Shown here: positions 16,318 through 24,497 of the stretch, in pieces
How the letters are laid out: each line of letters begins with the position of its first letter
How positions within the stretch are numbered: the stretch's first letter is position 1
Origin: a virus
Strand: one strand, 5' to 3'
Length of the DNA: 51,213 nucleotides
IMG/VR virus record: IMGVR_UViG_3300048080_000104
Location: 1 to 51,213 of that record
Program-made: the position numbers and the translations under genes
The notes under the pieces: model-generated
Database searches by the model: none
What the model was told of the DNA's origin: nothing
What the model saw: the letters and a program-made list of their open reading frames with translations, nothing else

Positions 16318-16653
16318 ATGACGACTAGCACCATCAACGAGTGGGATGCGCGGATGAAGGCCGCCGACCGCTACGAGCTGGCCGCGCGCCGAGGAGCTCG
16401 GGCGATGACCTTGGTGAGCAAGAGCAAGCGTCCGTGCCAGTGTTGTGGACGCCCCGTCGCAATGCGGAAGCTGATAAACCGTATCTATGGCGGCGGTAAG
16501 GCTCGTGTCCGCCACAAGTGCCCGCATGGTCGCTGGTGCGTAGCTGGAACGATCATCGGACAGCATGCAAACGTCCCGATGCCGACTCGTCTCGGCGGCT
16601 GTCCCGAGTGCAACGCGCGAGAGATAGCACTGCGCCCTAAGGAGATTGAGTGA
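16318..16653 (+). CDS. Zn-ribbon protein
   Basis: ATG at 16318 with GGAGA upstream. CQCCGRP...HKCPHGRWC...CPEC. The track ORF 15802..16653 is over-extended through the intergenic region. Confidence 0.6.
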   Translation: MTTSTINEWDARMKAADRYELAARRGARAMTLVSKSKRPCQCCGRPVAMRKLINRIYGGGKARVRHKCPHGRWCVAGTIIGQHANVPMPTRLGGCPECNAREIALRPKEIE

Positions 16654-16877
16654 TGACTAAGCGAACTGCGCTCGTGACCGGCGGCGCCGCCGACCGCGAC
16701 GAGCTGGCCGCGCTCGCGAACCGCGCCGCGTACGACCGCGACCGCTACCGCGATCTCCTGCGCGAGATCCGCGAGACGCTCGATAACGGTAAGTGGTATG
16801 GCTTGCTCGACGGGTCGAACGAAAACAAGATCGTATGCAAGATCGACGCACTGCTCGGGCCCGAGGTGGAGCGATGA
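16653..16877 (+). CDS. Hypothetical protein
   Basis: AAGGAG lies 8 nt upstream of the ATG at 16653, which overlaps the previous TGA. Confidence 0.5.
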   Translation: MTKRTALVTGGAADRDELAALANRAAYDRDRYRDLLREIRETLDNGKWYGLLDGSNENKIVCKIDALLGPEVER

Positions 16878-17188
16878 CCTACGCCGACGCGATTAAGCTC
16901 GTGCTCTCTCATGTGAGGGAGCACCGCGGCTCATGGTTTCTCGCCGATAATGGCGAGATCCGCCGCCACGTAGGCGAGAGCGTCGCGTGTTCGCTTAGTT
17001 CTCTGAAAAGCAAGCCGGTCAGCTCGTGTTGGTCGGTAGCGACAAGGCTCGGCATCCCGTCGAAGGCGCAGACCGACATCGCCATGGCGAACGATGGCGA
17101 AACGTACTGCAACGAATTCAAACCGCTGTCGCAAAAACTGAATGCGCTCCGGCGTCGCCTGCTACTCGCCGCGCGGCTCACGCGATGA
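16874..17188 (+). CDS. Hypothetical protein
   Basis: The ATG at 16874 overlaps the previous stop (ATGA). 104 aa. Confidence 0.5.
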   Translation: MTYADAIKLVLSHVREHRGSWFLADNGEIRRHVGESVACSLSSLKSKPVSSCWSVATRLGIPSKAQTDIAMANDGETYCNEFKPLSQKLNALRRRLLLAARLTR

Positions 17189-17868
17189 CCGCCACGACCC
17201 CGCTCGGAGTCGATCGCCTCCGCGAAATCGTCGAGCTGCACATACAGTGGCGAGCGTCGAATGGAGTCGATGGTGCGCGCGCCGACCTCACGGGCGCCGA
17301 CCTCGCGGACGCCGACCTCGCGCGCGCCGACCTCGCGGGCGCCGACCTCGCACGCGCCGACCTCACGGACGCCGACCTCACGGACGCCGACCTCACGGAC
17401 GCCGACCTCACGGGCGCCAACCTCGCACGCGCCGACCTCACGGACGCCGACCTCACGCGCGCCGACCTCACGCGCGCCGACCTCGCGGGCGCCGACCTCA
17501 CGGACGCCAACCTCACGGACGCCGACCTCGCGGGCGCCAACCTCACGGACGCCGACCTCGCGGGCGCCAACCTCGCGGGCGCCGACCTCGCACGCGCCGA
17601 CCTCACGCGCGCCGACCTCACGCGCGCCGACCTCACGCGCGCCAACGGAATTATCCGCCTCGAGCCGATCGACGGATGGATCCTGCACGCAGTGCGCTGG
17701 GCCGACGGTCCGCGCATCCACGCCGGCTGCCGCTGGTTTACCGTCTCCGAGGCCCGCGAACATTGGGGGACAGCCGCTATGCCGGATCGTCGCGAGCATT
17801 GCGATCGGATGCTCGCGGGGGTCGATGCGCTGCTGGCCGTCGCAAAGGTGCACGAGTGGCCGGTATGA
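17185..17868 (+). CDS. Pentapeptide-repeat protein (24 consecutive A[D/N]L[TA][GDR] units) with a C-terminal globular domain
   Basis: The ATG at 17185 overlaps the previous stop (ATGA). Residues 33-152 are uninterrupted pentapeptides ADLTG ADLAD ADLAR.... About 75 aa of non-repeat C-terminus follow. Confidence 0.85.
   Translation: MTATTPLGVDRLREIVELHIQWRASNGVDGARADLTGADLADADLARADLAGADLARADLTDADLTDADLTDADLTGANLARADLTDADLTRADLTRADLAGADLTDANLTDADLAGANLTDADLAGANLAGADLARADLTRADLTRADLTRANGIIRLEPIDGWILHAVRWADGPRIHAGCRWFTVSEAREHWGTAAMPDRREHCDRMLAGVDALLAVAKVHEWPV
17281..17640 (+). repeat. 24 x 15-bp tandem coding repeat (gccgacctcacggac-type)
   Basis: Read directly. The units differ at only a few positions and generate long spurious ORFs in the other five frames. 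Confidence 0.9.
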
Positions 17869-18092
17869 CCGCCCGCGAGCGCGTCCAGCTCCGCCGTTTG
17901 CCGTGCTGCGGCTGCCCCGAGATGGCGCTCCACTTCTGCGACTCCTGCTTGAGCCCGATCTGTGCCGATTGCGTGACGCGCCGGGATCACCTGATCCTCT
18001 GCGGGTTCTGCGACGAGGTTCGCAAGGCCGCCGACCGCAACGCCGAGCTACGCGGCGAGCAGGACCGCGAAGACGCGAGGGAGGGCAAGTGA
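17865..18092 (+). CDS. Cys-rich small protein (Zn-binding type)
   Basis: The ATG at 17865 forms an ATGA overlap. LPCCGCPEMALHFCDSCLSPICADCVTRRDHLILCGFC. Confidence 0.5.
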   Translation: MTARERVQLRRLPCCGCPEMALHFCDSCLSPICADCVTRRDHLILCGFCDEVRKAADRNAELRGEQDREDAREGK

Positions 18093-18493
18093 TGGGCGAC
18101 GGTGTTGATCCCGTGACTGGTCGTGGACTGTCGAGCATGGCGCATGCGCAGAGCGGGAGTAGGCGCGCGAGCGAGAGCGCGAGGCACACGCCGGGGCCGT
18201 GGTACAGTGATGCGTTCGGGAACATCACCACGCATCCGCCTCGCTCTGGGCTCAAGGCGTTGTTGCCGACAACCGGGATTATCGCGAAGGTCGAGAAGAA
18301 CTACGAAGCCAACGCCCACCTGATCGCGGCCGCGCCGATGCTGTTGGAAGAACTGCAAAAAGTGCCTTGTCCGCGTGCTGACTTCGCGGGCGACACTTGT
18401 GATTTCTGGGCGCATAACTACGCACAGGAGCGTTGCATGCGCTGTGCCGCCATCGCACTCGCCGAAGGCCGCACCGTCGAGGTAGCCAAGTGA
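18092..18493 (+). CDS. Hypothetical protein (GPW...EANAHLIAAAPMLLEEL family)
   Basis: The ATG at 18092 shares one base with the previous TGA. The conserved phage motif ANAxLIAAAPxLLE was recognised from memory. Confidence 0.55.
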   Translation: MGDGVDPVTGRGLSSMAHAQSGSRRASESARHTPGPWYSDAFGNITTHPPRSGLKALLPTTGIIAKVEKNYEANAHLIAAAPMLLEELQKVPCPRADFAGDTCDFWAHNYAQERCMRCAAIALAEGRTVEVAK

Positions 18494-19050
18494 CACCGCG
18501 CTCCGGGCATTGTTTCACCTCCGTCTGGTCTCAGTCCGCCGCCGACATCCTCGACCGGGTGCGCGAGATCCTCTCTCGCGACCCGACGGCCCACGCGCGG
18601 GCCTGCGGTGCGCTGGAGGGCTTCGTCGCGTCGCTGGTGCCGCTGACCGTCGTCGAGCGATCGTGCTGTGAGTGCCGAGCGGTGCTTGGCGTCGAGTTGT
18701 GGGAAGGCTCTCGCGCGCTGGCGGGTGAGGTGGCGACGATGACCCACGGCATCTGCGATCGATGCTTTGATCTCCGCGCGTCGCGCCCTGAGACGTGCAA
18801 CGGGTGCGGCGCAGTGATCTCCGGCGACGGCTACCGCACCCGCGACGGCAGGATCTACTGCTCCGACGCGCACCGCCGCGCGGCGCACAAGGCGCGAGAG
18901 CGGGAGATCGCAGAGCGGATCGGCGACGAGACGAGGCGCTACCTGTTGCCGATGTCGGAACAGGAGCAGCTCGCAAAGGCCGCAGCGGATTCGATGAACG
19001 CCGCGATCGAGCGGGAGATCAGCTCGGAGAGCGCGAGAGGGGAGAACTGA
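18490..19050 (+). CDS. Zn-finger protein (FCS/MYM-like C-terminal finger)
   Basis: The GTG at 18490 forms a GTGA overlap. CCEC...CDRC...CNGCG...RIYCSDAHRRAAH. Confidence 0.5.
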   Translation: MTPRSGHCFTSVWSQSAADILDRVREILSRDPTAHARACGALEGFVASLVPLTVVERSCCECRAVLGVELWEGSRALAGEVATMTHGICDRCFDLRASRPETCNGCGAVISGDGYRTRDGRIYCSDAHRRAAHKAREREIAERIGDETRRYLLPMSEQEQLAKAAADSMNAAIEREISSESARGEN

Positions 19051-19740
19051 ATGCAGCGAACGACTTTCATCCAGAGACTCACTGAGATTGAGCGCGTTTC
19101 GCTCGGCAGCGGCGATCACGAATCGCGCAAGGATGGCCTCTGCGTGATGGAGGCAGCCGCCTACATCGCAGGCGAGGTGCACACCGATACGCCGTCGTGC
19201 GTCTGCCCTGTAGTTGGCGCGTTTTTGAGGTCGTGGAACGACGGACTCCAGAGCGATGCGGATCGGGATCGACTGCTCAAGCCGCTGTTGACGCGCATCC
19301 TCGATTCGCAATCGACTCCAGAGGTAGAGCAACAGCGCAGCTACCTCGCTCTGGATTGGCTGGTGCGAGTTCACGCGCCGGCGTTTCTGAGGCTGCGACC
19401 CGAATTGCGGGCTCACGCTGACGCGCTCTCAGGACTCGCGCCTTTGCGTGGCATCGCCGATGCGCTGGCGGCGAAAGGTGTGGTTGATGCTGCGATGGCC
19501 GCTGCGAGAGCCGCTGCGGTGGTGGGGGCCGCTGCGGGGTCGGGTGACGCTGCGTGGGCCGCTGCGAGAGCCGCTGCGGGTGACGCTGCGTGGGCCGCTG
19601 CGAGAGCCGCTGCGGTGGACGCTGTGTGGGCATCTGCGTGGGCCGCTGCGGGGGACGCGCTCGCGCCCACCGTCGCCGCGCTCCAACAGTCTGCGCTGGA
19701 TCTTGTTGAGCGGATGCTGAAAGAAGTGGAGAAGCGATGA
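19051..19740 (+). CDS. Hypothetical protein with AAWAAARAAAGD repeats
   Basis: ATG with a GAGAGGGGAGAA RBS. The C-terminal half is an Ala/Trp-rich 12-aa repeat. Confidence 0.7.
   Translation: MQRTTFIQRLTEIERVSLGSGDHESRKDGLCVMEAAAYIAGEVHTDTPSCVCPVVGAFLRSWNDGLQSDADRDRLLKPLLTRILDSQSTPEVEQQRSYLALDWLVRVHAPAFLRLRPELRAHADALSGLAPLRGIADALAAKGVVDAAMAAARAAAVVGAAAGSGDAAWAAARAAAGDAAWAAARAAAVDAVWASAWAAAGDALAPTVAALQQSALDLVERMLKEVEKR
19543..19614 (+). repeat. Perfect 36-bp tandem duplication
   Basis: ggtgacgctgcgtgggccgctgcgagagccgctgcg at 19543-19578 is repeated exactly at 19579-19614. A degenerate third unit follows. Confidence 0.85.
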
Positions 19741-19913
19741 GCGCCGCCTACCGCGACGTCACGATCGACCAGGCGCTCAAGATCGCCCAGCGCGTGCGCA
19801 GCGAGCGTCGGCTGGAGTTTGCGCGCCAGGTCGGCGAGGCGCTGGCGATCGTGGCGCTGTTCGTCGGCGGCGGGCTACTGGTGCGGGCCGCGCTGATCTG
19901 GGTGGCGCGATGA
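19737..19913 (+). CDS. Small tail-anchored membrane protein (58 aa)
   Basis: Not in the ORF track (under 60 aa). ATGA overlaps occur at both ends. C-terminus ALAIVALFVGGGLLVRAALIWVAR. Confidence 0.45.
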   Translation: MSAAYRDVTIDQALKIAQRVRSERRLEFARQVGEALAIVALFVGGGLLVRAALIWVAR

Positions 19914-20101
19914 CGCCCGACGTTTTGCGCGCCGCGCTCTCGCTGGCTGCGGATACGTTCGAGCAGGTCGAGCGTGATCTGCACGACTCGCCGCGCTGCG
20001 CCGAGGCAATGGCACGCAACGCAGCGCGATCGATCCGAGCGCTGCTCGACGACGAGAGCGCACGAATCCGCGACGAGCTCACCGGCCCCGAGAAGCGATA
20101 G
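19910..20101 (+). CDS. Hypothetical protein
   Basis: 63 aa with an ATGA overlap at its start. Confidence 0.45.
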   Translation: MTPDVLRAALSLAADTFEQVERDLHDSPRCAEAMARNAARSIRALLDDESARIRDELTGPEKR

Positions 20102-20146
20102 ACGAACCCACGCGCCGCCGTGCGCGACAAACCCAGGAGGTAAGAA

Positions 20147-20944
20147 ATGGGTGCTCTACTGAGTCAGATCCAGGACAAGCCGGCGATACTACCGCCGAGA
20201 ATCGTGATCCACTCGGCCGGCGGACACGGGAAGACCACGATGATGGCCTCGGTGCCCGGGATCGTCGCCATCCCAGCAGAGGATGGAGCCGGCAAACTCA
20301 GCTACCCCGCGTTTCCGAAGCCGACGAGCTACGCGGACGTGATGCACGCAATCCGCGAGCTGCACGACGAAGAGCACGGCTACAAGGCGATCGGGATTGA
20401 CACCATCGATCACGTAGAGCCGCTCATCTGGCAATCGGTGTGCGCCGACCGGACCGAAGGCAAGAAGGCCTACGAGAGCATCGAGGACTTTGGTTACGCC
20501 AAGGGCTACATCTACGCCGACACGTACTGGGCCGATCTCTTCCACGCGCTCGACCGGCTGCGCGCGGATCGGAAGATGACCACGATCATCCTCGCGCACA
20601 ACGAGCGGAAGACGATCGGCGACCCACAGCTCGGTGGGATCGAGCGAACCGAGCCGAAGATCCACAAGCGGGCCGCAGCGTTGCTGCACGAGTGGGCCGA
20701 CGTGGTCGGTTTCCTGGACGTCGAGCGCATTGCGATCGACGTGGGCGACAAGAGCCAGCGGAAGGTCACGACGGCTAGCTCGACGGGGCAGCGAATCCTA
20801 CACCTCGAAGACCGCGGCAGCTTCCGGGCTAAAAATCGATACGACTTGCCGCCGATGATCGAGATTCCGAAGAACAACCCGTACCAGCCACTGCGTGACG
20901 CGATCGCGTCTGCGCTCGGGCTGGTGACGAAGAAGGAAGCCTAA
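20147..20944 (+). CDS. Sak4-like / AAA_24 RecA-fold ATPase (recombination)
   Basis: Strong AGGAGG RBS. Walker A HSAGGHGKTT, Walker B AIGIDTIDH. It is followed by an SSB-like gene. Confidence 0.78.
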   Translation: MGALLSQIQDKPAILPPRIVIHSAGGHGKTTMMASVPGIVAIPAEDGAGKLSYPAFPKPTSYADVMHAIRELHDEEHGYKAIGIDTIDHVEPLIWQSVCADRTEGKKAYESIEDFGYAKGYIYADTYWADLFHALDRLRADRKMTTIILAHNERKTIGDPQLGGIERTEPKIHKRAAALLHEWADVVGFLDVERIAIDVGDKSQRKVTTASSTGQRILHLEDRGSFRAKNRYDLPPMIEIPKNNPYQPLRDAIASALGLVTKKEA

Positions 20945-20945
20945 C

Positions 20946-21470
20946 ATGAGTCGTCTAGGAAACGGCGGAAACTGCAAGGATGTGGACGCGGCGACCGGAG
21001 GTGGTGGCGAGCTGCTTCCGAATGGCTGGTATCGATTCATGTTTGTAAACTCTCAGTACAAGGCGACGAAGGTCGGCGACGGGATGTGCCTGCATCTCTT
21101 CTTGCGGTGCCTGGAGCTGGACTACCAGGGGATTGAGAAGCGGGACTTCTTGACCCTCGAACACCCCAAGCAGGACACGGCGCTAATCGCGCGCGCCTCG
21201 CTCAAGGCGATCGCGATTGCCTGCGGGCACCCGAACCCGGACCTGATCGAGGACAGCGCCGACCTGCACCAAATCCCGTTCATGGCGCGGCTCTCGGTCG
21301 AGGACGCCGGGGACAAGTACGGCCCGCAGAACAAGGTGCGCCAGTACATGAGCGTGGCGGCCTACCGCGAGAAGTACGGCAACGGCCCGCAGACTGCGGC
21401 GCATGTGCCTCCGGCGCGGCCCGCAGTGCCTGCGCCCAGGACACGCGAACGCGACGACGTGCCGTTTTGA
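20946..21470 (+). CDS. DUF669-like ssDNA-binding protein with an SSB-type acidic tip
   Basis: 174 aa ending in ...RERDDVPF, which resembles the canonical SSB C-terminal DDDIPF. It lies between the Sak4-like ATPase and the nuclease. Confidence 0.65.
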   Translation: MSRLGNGGNCKDVDAATGGGGELLPNGWYRFMFVNSQYKATKVGDGMCLHLFLRCLELDYQGIEKRDFLTLEHPKQDTALIARASLKAIAIACGHPNPDLIEDSADLHQIPFMARLSVEDAGDKYGPQNKVRQYMSVAAYREKYGNGPQTAAHVPPARPAVPAPRTRERDDVPF

Positions 21471-22237
21471 TGGCCCAGCTCCCGACGCTCCGCATCCTCG
21501 CGCCGCACGTCGAGCGGCGCATTCATCGCGCGCTCGCGGCCGACCGCGCAGAGCGAGATCCGAAGCGAACGGGCAAGCTCGGGCTATCGCAGATCGGCGG
21601 CTGTATTCGCAACCTCTGGGCTGGCGTCCACGACGTGCCCGAAGATGCACCGATCGAGCCGAGGATGCTCGTTGTATTCGAGCATGGCAACGCCACCGAG
21701 TCCCACTTGGTGGCGTTGCTACGACGCGCTGGCTTTCAGGTGGTCGACCGCGACCTGGACACCGGCCGGCAGTTCGAGGTTGTGGATCACGAGGGGCGCG
21801 TAAGCGGCCATCTCGATGGTCTCATTCTCGATGCGAGCAAGTCGATCGATACGTGGAGGCTCCTCGAGATCAAGAGCGCAAACGAGAACCAGTTCGAGGC
21901 TCTTCTCTCGGCTGGCTACGCGGCCTGGCAGCCGAAGTACAACGATCAGGTGCAAGCGTACATGGGCTATGCGCGCGATCAGCTCAAGTTCGGGCCGATC
22001 GGCGAGGCACTCGTCGTCGTCGAGTGCAAGAACGACTCGCGGATCTACGCCGAGCGCATCCCGTTCGATCCGATGCGCTTTCACATGCTGCGGCAGAAAG
22101 CGGGCGTGGCGCTGCTCAGTGACGTGCCGCCAGAGCGGCCGGCCGAGGCGACGTCGCAATACTGCAACTTCTGTAAGTGGTGCCCGCGCAACGAGTGGTG
22201 CTGGTCGAGCACGGCCGACGTTCGGTTCGCGTCGTGA
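21470..22237 (+). CDS. Cas4/RecB-like PD-(D/E)xK exonuclease with a Cys cluster
   Basis: The ATG at 21470 shares one base with the previous TGA. GHLDGLILD...LLEIKS core, an N-terminal Cys (QIGGC) and C-terminal CNFCKWCPRNEWC. Confidence 0.78.
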   Translation: MAQLPTLRILAPHVERRIHRALAADRAERDPKRTGKLGLSQIGGCIRNLWAGVHDVPEDAPIEPRMLVVFEHGNATESHLVALLRRAGFQVVDRDLDTGRQFEVVDHEGRVSGHLDGLILDASKSIDTWRLLEIKSANENQFEALLSAGYAAWQPKYNDQVQAYMGYARDQLKFGPIGEALVVVECKNDSRIYAERIPFDPMRFHMLRQKAGVALLSDVPPERPAEATSQYCNFCKWCPRNEWCWSSTADVRFAS

Positions 22238-22560
22238 AGACCTACCGACGCGCAACTCTTGGCAGACCCGGCACCCGCTCGATGACCGCCCCCTCCCGAA
22301 GTAGCTCGGTGCGATGGCGGAACAGGCGGAGTGGCCTAGCTACGCGGCGCGTCCGGCTCGCCGTCGATGCGATAGCGCAGCGTACACGCCGGTGGTGGTA
22401 CTGGTCGTGCACGCGCGAAGGCGCGGTGCGCCGGCGCGACCGGTGGCTGCTCGATTGCGTCGTGGAGCGGCTGCCGGGGCAGCGTGTCGAGATTCTGCGC
22501 GCGGCGTATCAGGAGAAAGGGCATGAGTGGTTTTCGGTTCCGGCGCGGTGGCGGCGATGA
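22234..22560 (+). CDS. Arg-rich hypothetical protein
   Basis: The GTG forms a GTGA overlap. Only the C-terminus (LLDCVVERLPGQRVEILRAAYQEKG) looks protein-like. Weak call. Confidence 0.3.
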   Translation: MKTYRRATLGRPGTRSMTAPSRSSSVRWRNRRSGLATRRVRLAVDAIAQRTRRWWYWSCTREGAVRRRDRWLLDCVVERLPGQRVEILRAAYQEKGHEWFSVPARWRR

Positions 22561-23152
22561 GCGCGAAGCACACGTGAGGTGGGCGAATGGAGCCATCTAT
22601 TCTGCGGCACTCGCGATGCTTCTATTGCTGGGTGGAATCATTCAGTCGAATTACAAGCTAGTTAGTGAAGCGCGGCAGCAGGCACTTAATGGCCTGGTAC
22701 CAATCGAGAAGTTCATAGAGATCAACGATGAGCTTCGCACAAAAACCGTTGCTGATTTCAAGGTCGCTCTCGCATTGAGTCCCGAGTTGCGCTCGGCGGG
22801 GTTCAACTGCAAGACAAGCACCTCTTCGATACAACTCTGCGACGATTTGATCGCGCTTCTCAAAGATGCTGGTTATGAGGCGAAAATTGAGAAGCTCCTA
22901 CATGCGCGCCCGCGCCAGCCGCACGCGGCGTTTCCAATTACGGTCTACGCAGCGAGACCGAGTATTAATGGGGCGCTCTTCTTTGCGAATGCGTTGAGCA
23001 GGATAGTCAGCGCTCCGCATGTACCAGTGCTTTCCGTCGACGACTCCGAGGCAGATGAGAACGGGAACAGAGTCGTCATAGAGATATTCGCATCTCCTCT
23101 CTATTTCCCTGATGGATCGGTGAGCTTGGGAGAGTTTACCGTCATGCAGTGA
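22523..23152 (+). CDS. N-terminally membrane-anchored protein in a low-GC island
   Basis: ATG at 22523 after GGAGAAAGGG. TM segment AIYSAALAMLLLLGGII. A 60-nt stretch counted at 22621-22680 is 47% GC. Confidence 0.55.
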   Translation: MSGFRFRRGGGDEREAHVRWANGAIYSAALAMLLLLGGIIQSNYKLVSEARQQALNGLVPIEKFIEINDELRTKTVADFKVALALSPELRSAGFNCKTSTSSIQLCDDLIALLKDAGYEAKIEKLLHARPRQPHAAFPITVYAARPSINGALFFANALSRIVSAPHVPVLSVDDSEADENGNRVVIEIFASPLYFPDGSVSLGEFTVMQ

Positions 23153-23201
23153 GGGCCTTCGAAGCCGCACGCTCCGCGATCGCGAAGGCGGATGGCCGCT
23201 C

Positions 23202-23417
23202 GTGAGCTGCCCCCACGCCCGCATCGCCGTCGACGAGGCCCGCACCGTGCGCATGTGGGGCGCCTCGCTCGCTCCGGCCGTGTGTCTCGACTGCGGCGAG
23301 GAGTGGATCGCCGAGGAGTCAAGTCCGGATGCGGAGGGCGTGCGGATTGCGGAGGAGCCGGGCGGGATGACGTACAGCGCCTTGCCCGCGAAGTGCGCCG
23401 GGGCGCGGGAGCAATGA
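23202..23417 (+). CDS. Hypothetical small protein
   Basis: GTG start, 71 aa, no clear RBS. Confidence 0.3.
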   Translation: MSCPHARIAVDEARTVRMWGASLAPAVCLDCGEEWIAEESSPDAEGVRIAEEPGGMTYSALPAKCAGAREQ

Positions 23418-23423
23418 GCAAGC

Positions 23424-23729
23424 ATGAGTGAAGGGACCTGCTGCGCGTGTTTGAAAGTCAAGTACGTAACTGCTAACGCAAGCGATCCTGAGCACCCGCA
23501 TGCCGTAACAGGCTGGTGGGAATGCGAGCTTTGTCATCAACACTTTTGCCCTACTACTGTCGCACAGTATACGGAGCAGCTCTCTGCTATGCGCGATCGA
23601 AGCGAGCAGTGGCAGCGCGAAGCGATCGCCGCTCAGGCGCGAATCGCGGAGCTGGAGACAAAGCCAGAGGCTCGGCTTTGTAACCATGGTTATGTCCATG
23701 CCACCTGCGGAGATTGCAACCGACGATGA
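23424..23729 (+). CDS. Cys-rich small protein
   Basis: ATG start. CCAC...CELCHQHFC...CNHGYVHATCGDC. Confidence 0.5.
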   Translation: MSEGTCCACLKVKYVTANASDPEHPHAVTGWWECELCHQHFCPTTVAQYTEQLSAMRDRSEQWQREAIAAQARIAELETKPEARLCNHGYVHATCGDCNRR

Positions 23730-23932
23730 CCCCTGCTGATCTCGACGCGCTGCTGGCGGAGGCCAGCACTTACTTACACAGCGACGAGCATTCTGGCTAT
23801 GTCAGCGTGGATGGAGTTGGTTATGTCAGCGTTGAATTCGGCTTTCTCGAAAGCCTTTGCTCAGCCCTCCGCGAGCTACGGGAGGATCGGGAAGTGTTCT
23901 CGCGTCAAGCGTTTTGTACGGCTCCTGAATAG
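23726..23932 (+). CDS. Hypothetical protein
   Basis: The ATG at 23726 forms an ATGA overlap. The track start at 23714 is a TTG. Confidence 0.45.
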   Translation: MTPADLDALLAEASTYLHSDEHSGYVSVDGVGYVSVEFGFLESLCSALRELREDREVFSRQAFCTAPE

Positions 23933-24393
23933 CGCCGCCACGCCACCCAGCCCCCAACGCGCAGCCCAGCCCAGCCGAGGAACCCCTGCACCGCGTTGAC
24001 GTGTCGCTTGCCCGAGCGGGCGATGATGCGCCAGACGCGATCGGCGGCGGCACGCGGGGCGCCCCAACGGTAGAGCGCATCGTGAACGACGCCCGCGATG
24101 TCGTGCTGGTCGAATCTGCCCACGAACCACGCGGGGCCGGGTACGCTGGAGTAGTCGGTCTCGAAGCCGGCTGGGACCCGAATCTGTGTCGTGCCAGGCG
24201 CCGCAGCATGGCCCGGAGACACCCGCCAGTCCGCAGTCGTTGCGTTGTCGTGATGGCCTACGAGGTACGCCCACACGTGTAGCTCTCCGACACGCACCCC
24301 GAGATCGACCACCAGATCCGCCTGGAGCCGGCGCCGCCCATCATCGAGGCGGATGTCATCGAGAGGGCCGGAGAGCAGGTGGGCGGTTGTCAT
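23905..24393 (-). CDS. DUF1353-domain protein
   Basis: 162 aa with an ATG start. VPAGFETDYSSVP...AGVVHDALY matches the DUF1353 signature. It is the lone minus-strand gene inside the plus arm. Confidence 0.7.
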   Translation of the reverse strand: MTTAHLLSGPLDDIRLDDGRRRLQADLVVDLGVRVGELHVWAYLVGHHDNATTADWRVSPGHAAAPGTTQIRVPAGFETDYSSVPGPAWFVGRFDQHDIAGVVHDALYRWGAPRAAADRVWRIIARSGKRHVNAVQGFLGWAGLRVGGWVAWRRYSGAVQNA

Positions 24394-24425
24394 AAGTGCT
24401 CGTTATCGCTGGTGTTTTTAGACTG

Positions 24426-24453
24426 TTGACAGACACGATAGACCGTGTACACT
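24426..24453 (+). promoter_or_regulatory. Sigma70-like promoter
   Basis: TTGACA (24426-24431), a 16-nt spacer and TACACT (24448-24453), about 45 nt upstream of the ATG at 24498. Confidence 0.45.
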
Positions 24454-24497
24454 TACCCATACCGGCGCCTCGCGGATCAGAGGCAGGGAGACGAGAG

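Noticed and set aside
17281-17640. Possible CRISPR array or satellite, because of the regular 15-bp periodicity
   Set aside because: The units are contiguous with no spacers. They are in frame and encode a canonical pentapeptide-repeat protein.
16909-18493. Very long ORFs on both strands across the pentapeptide region: 16909..18255 minus (448 aa, REVGA repeats), 17142..18092 plus (RRPHG repeats), 17261..18493 plus (PTSRA repeats) and 17178..17990 minus
   Set aside because: They are alternative-frame readings of the 15-bp tandem repeat and are pure low complexity. The ADLxx frame has the ATGA-coupled start and a non-repeat C-terminal domain. The real downstream genes occupy the ends of two of these ORFs.
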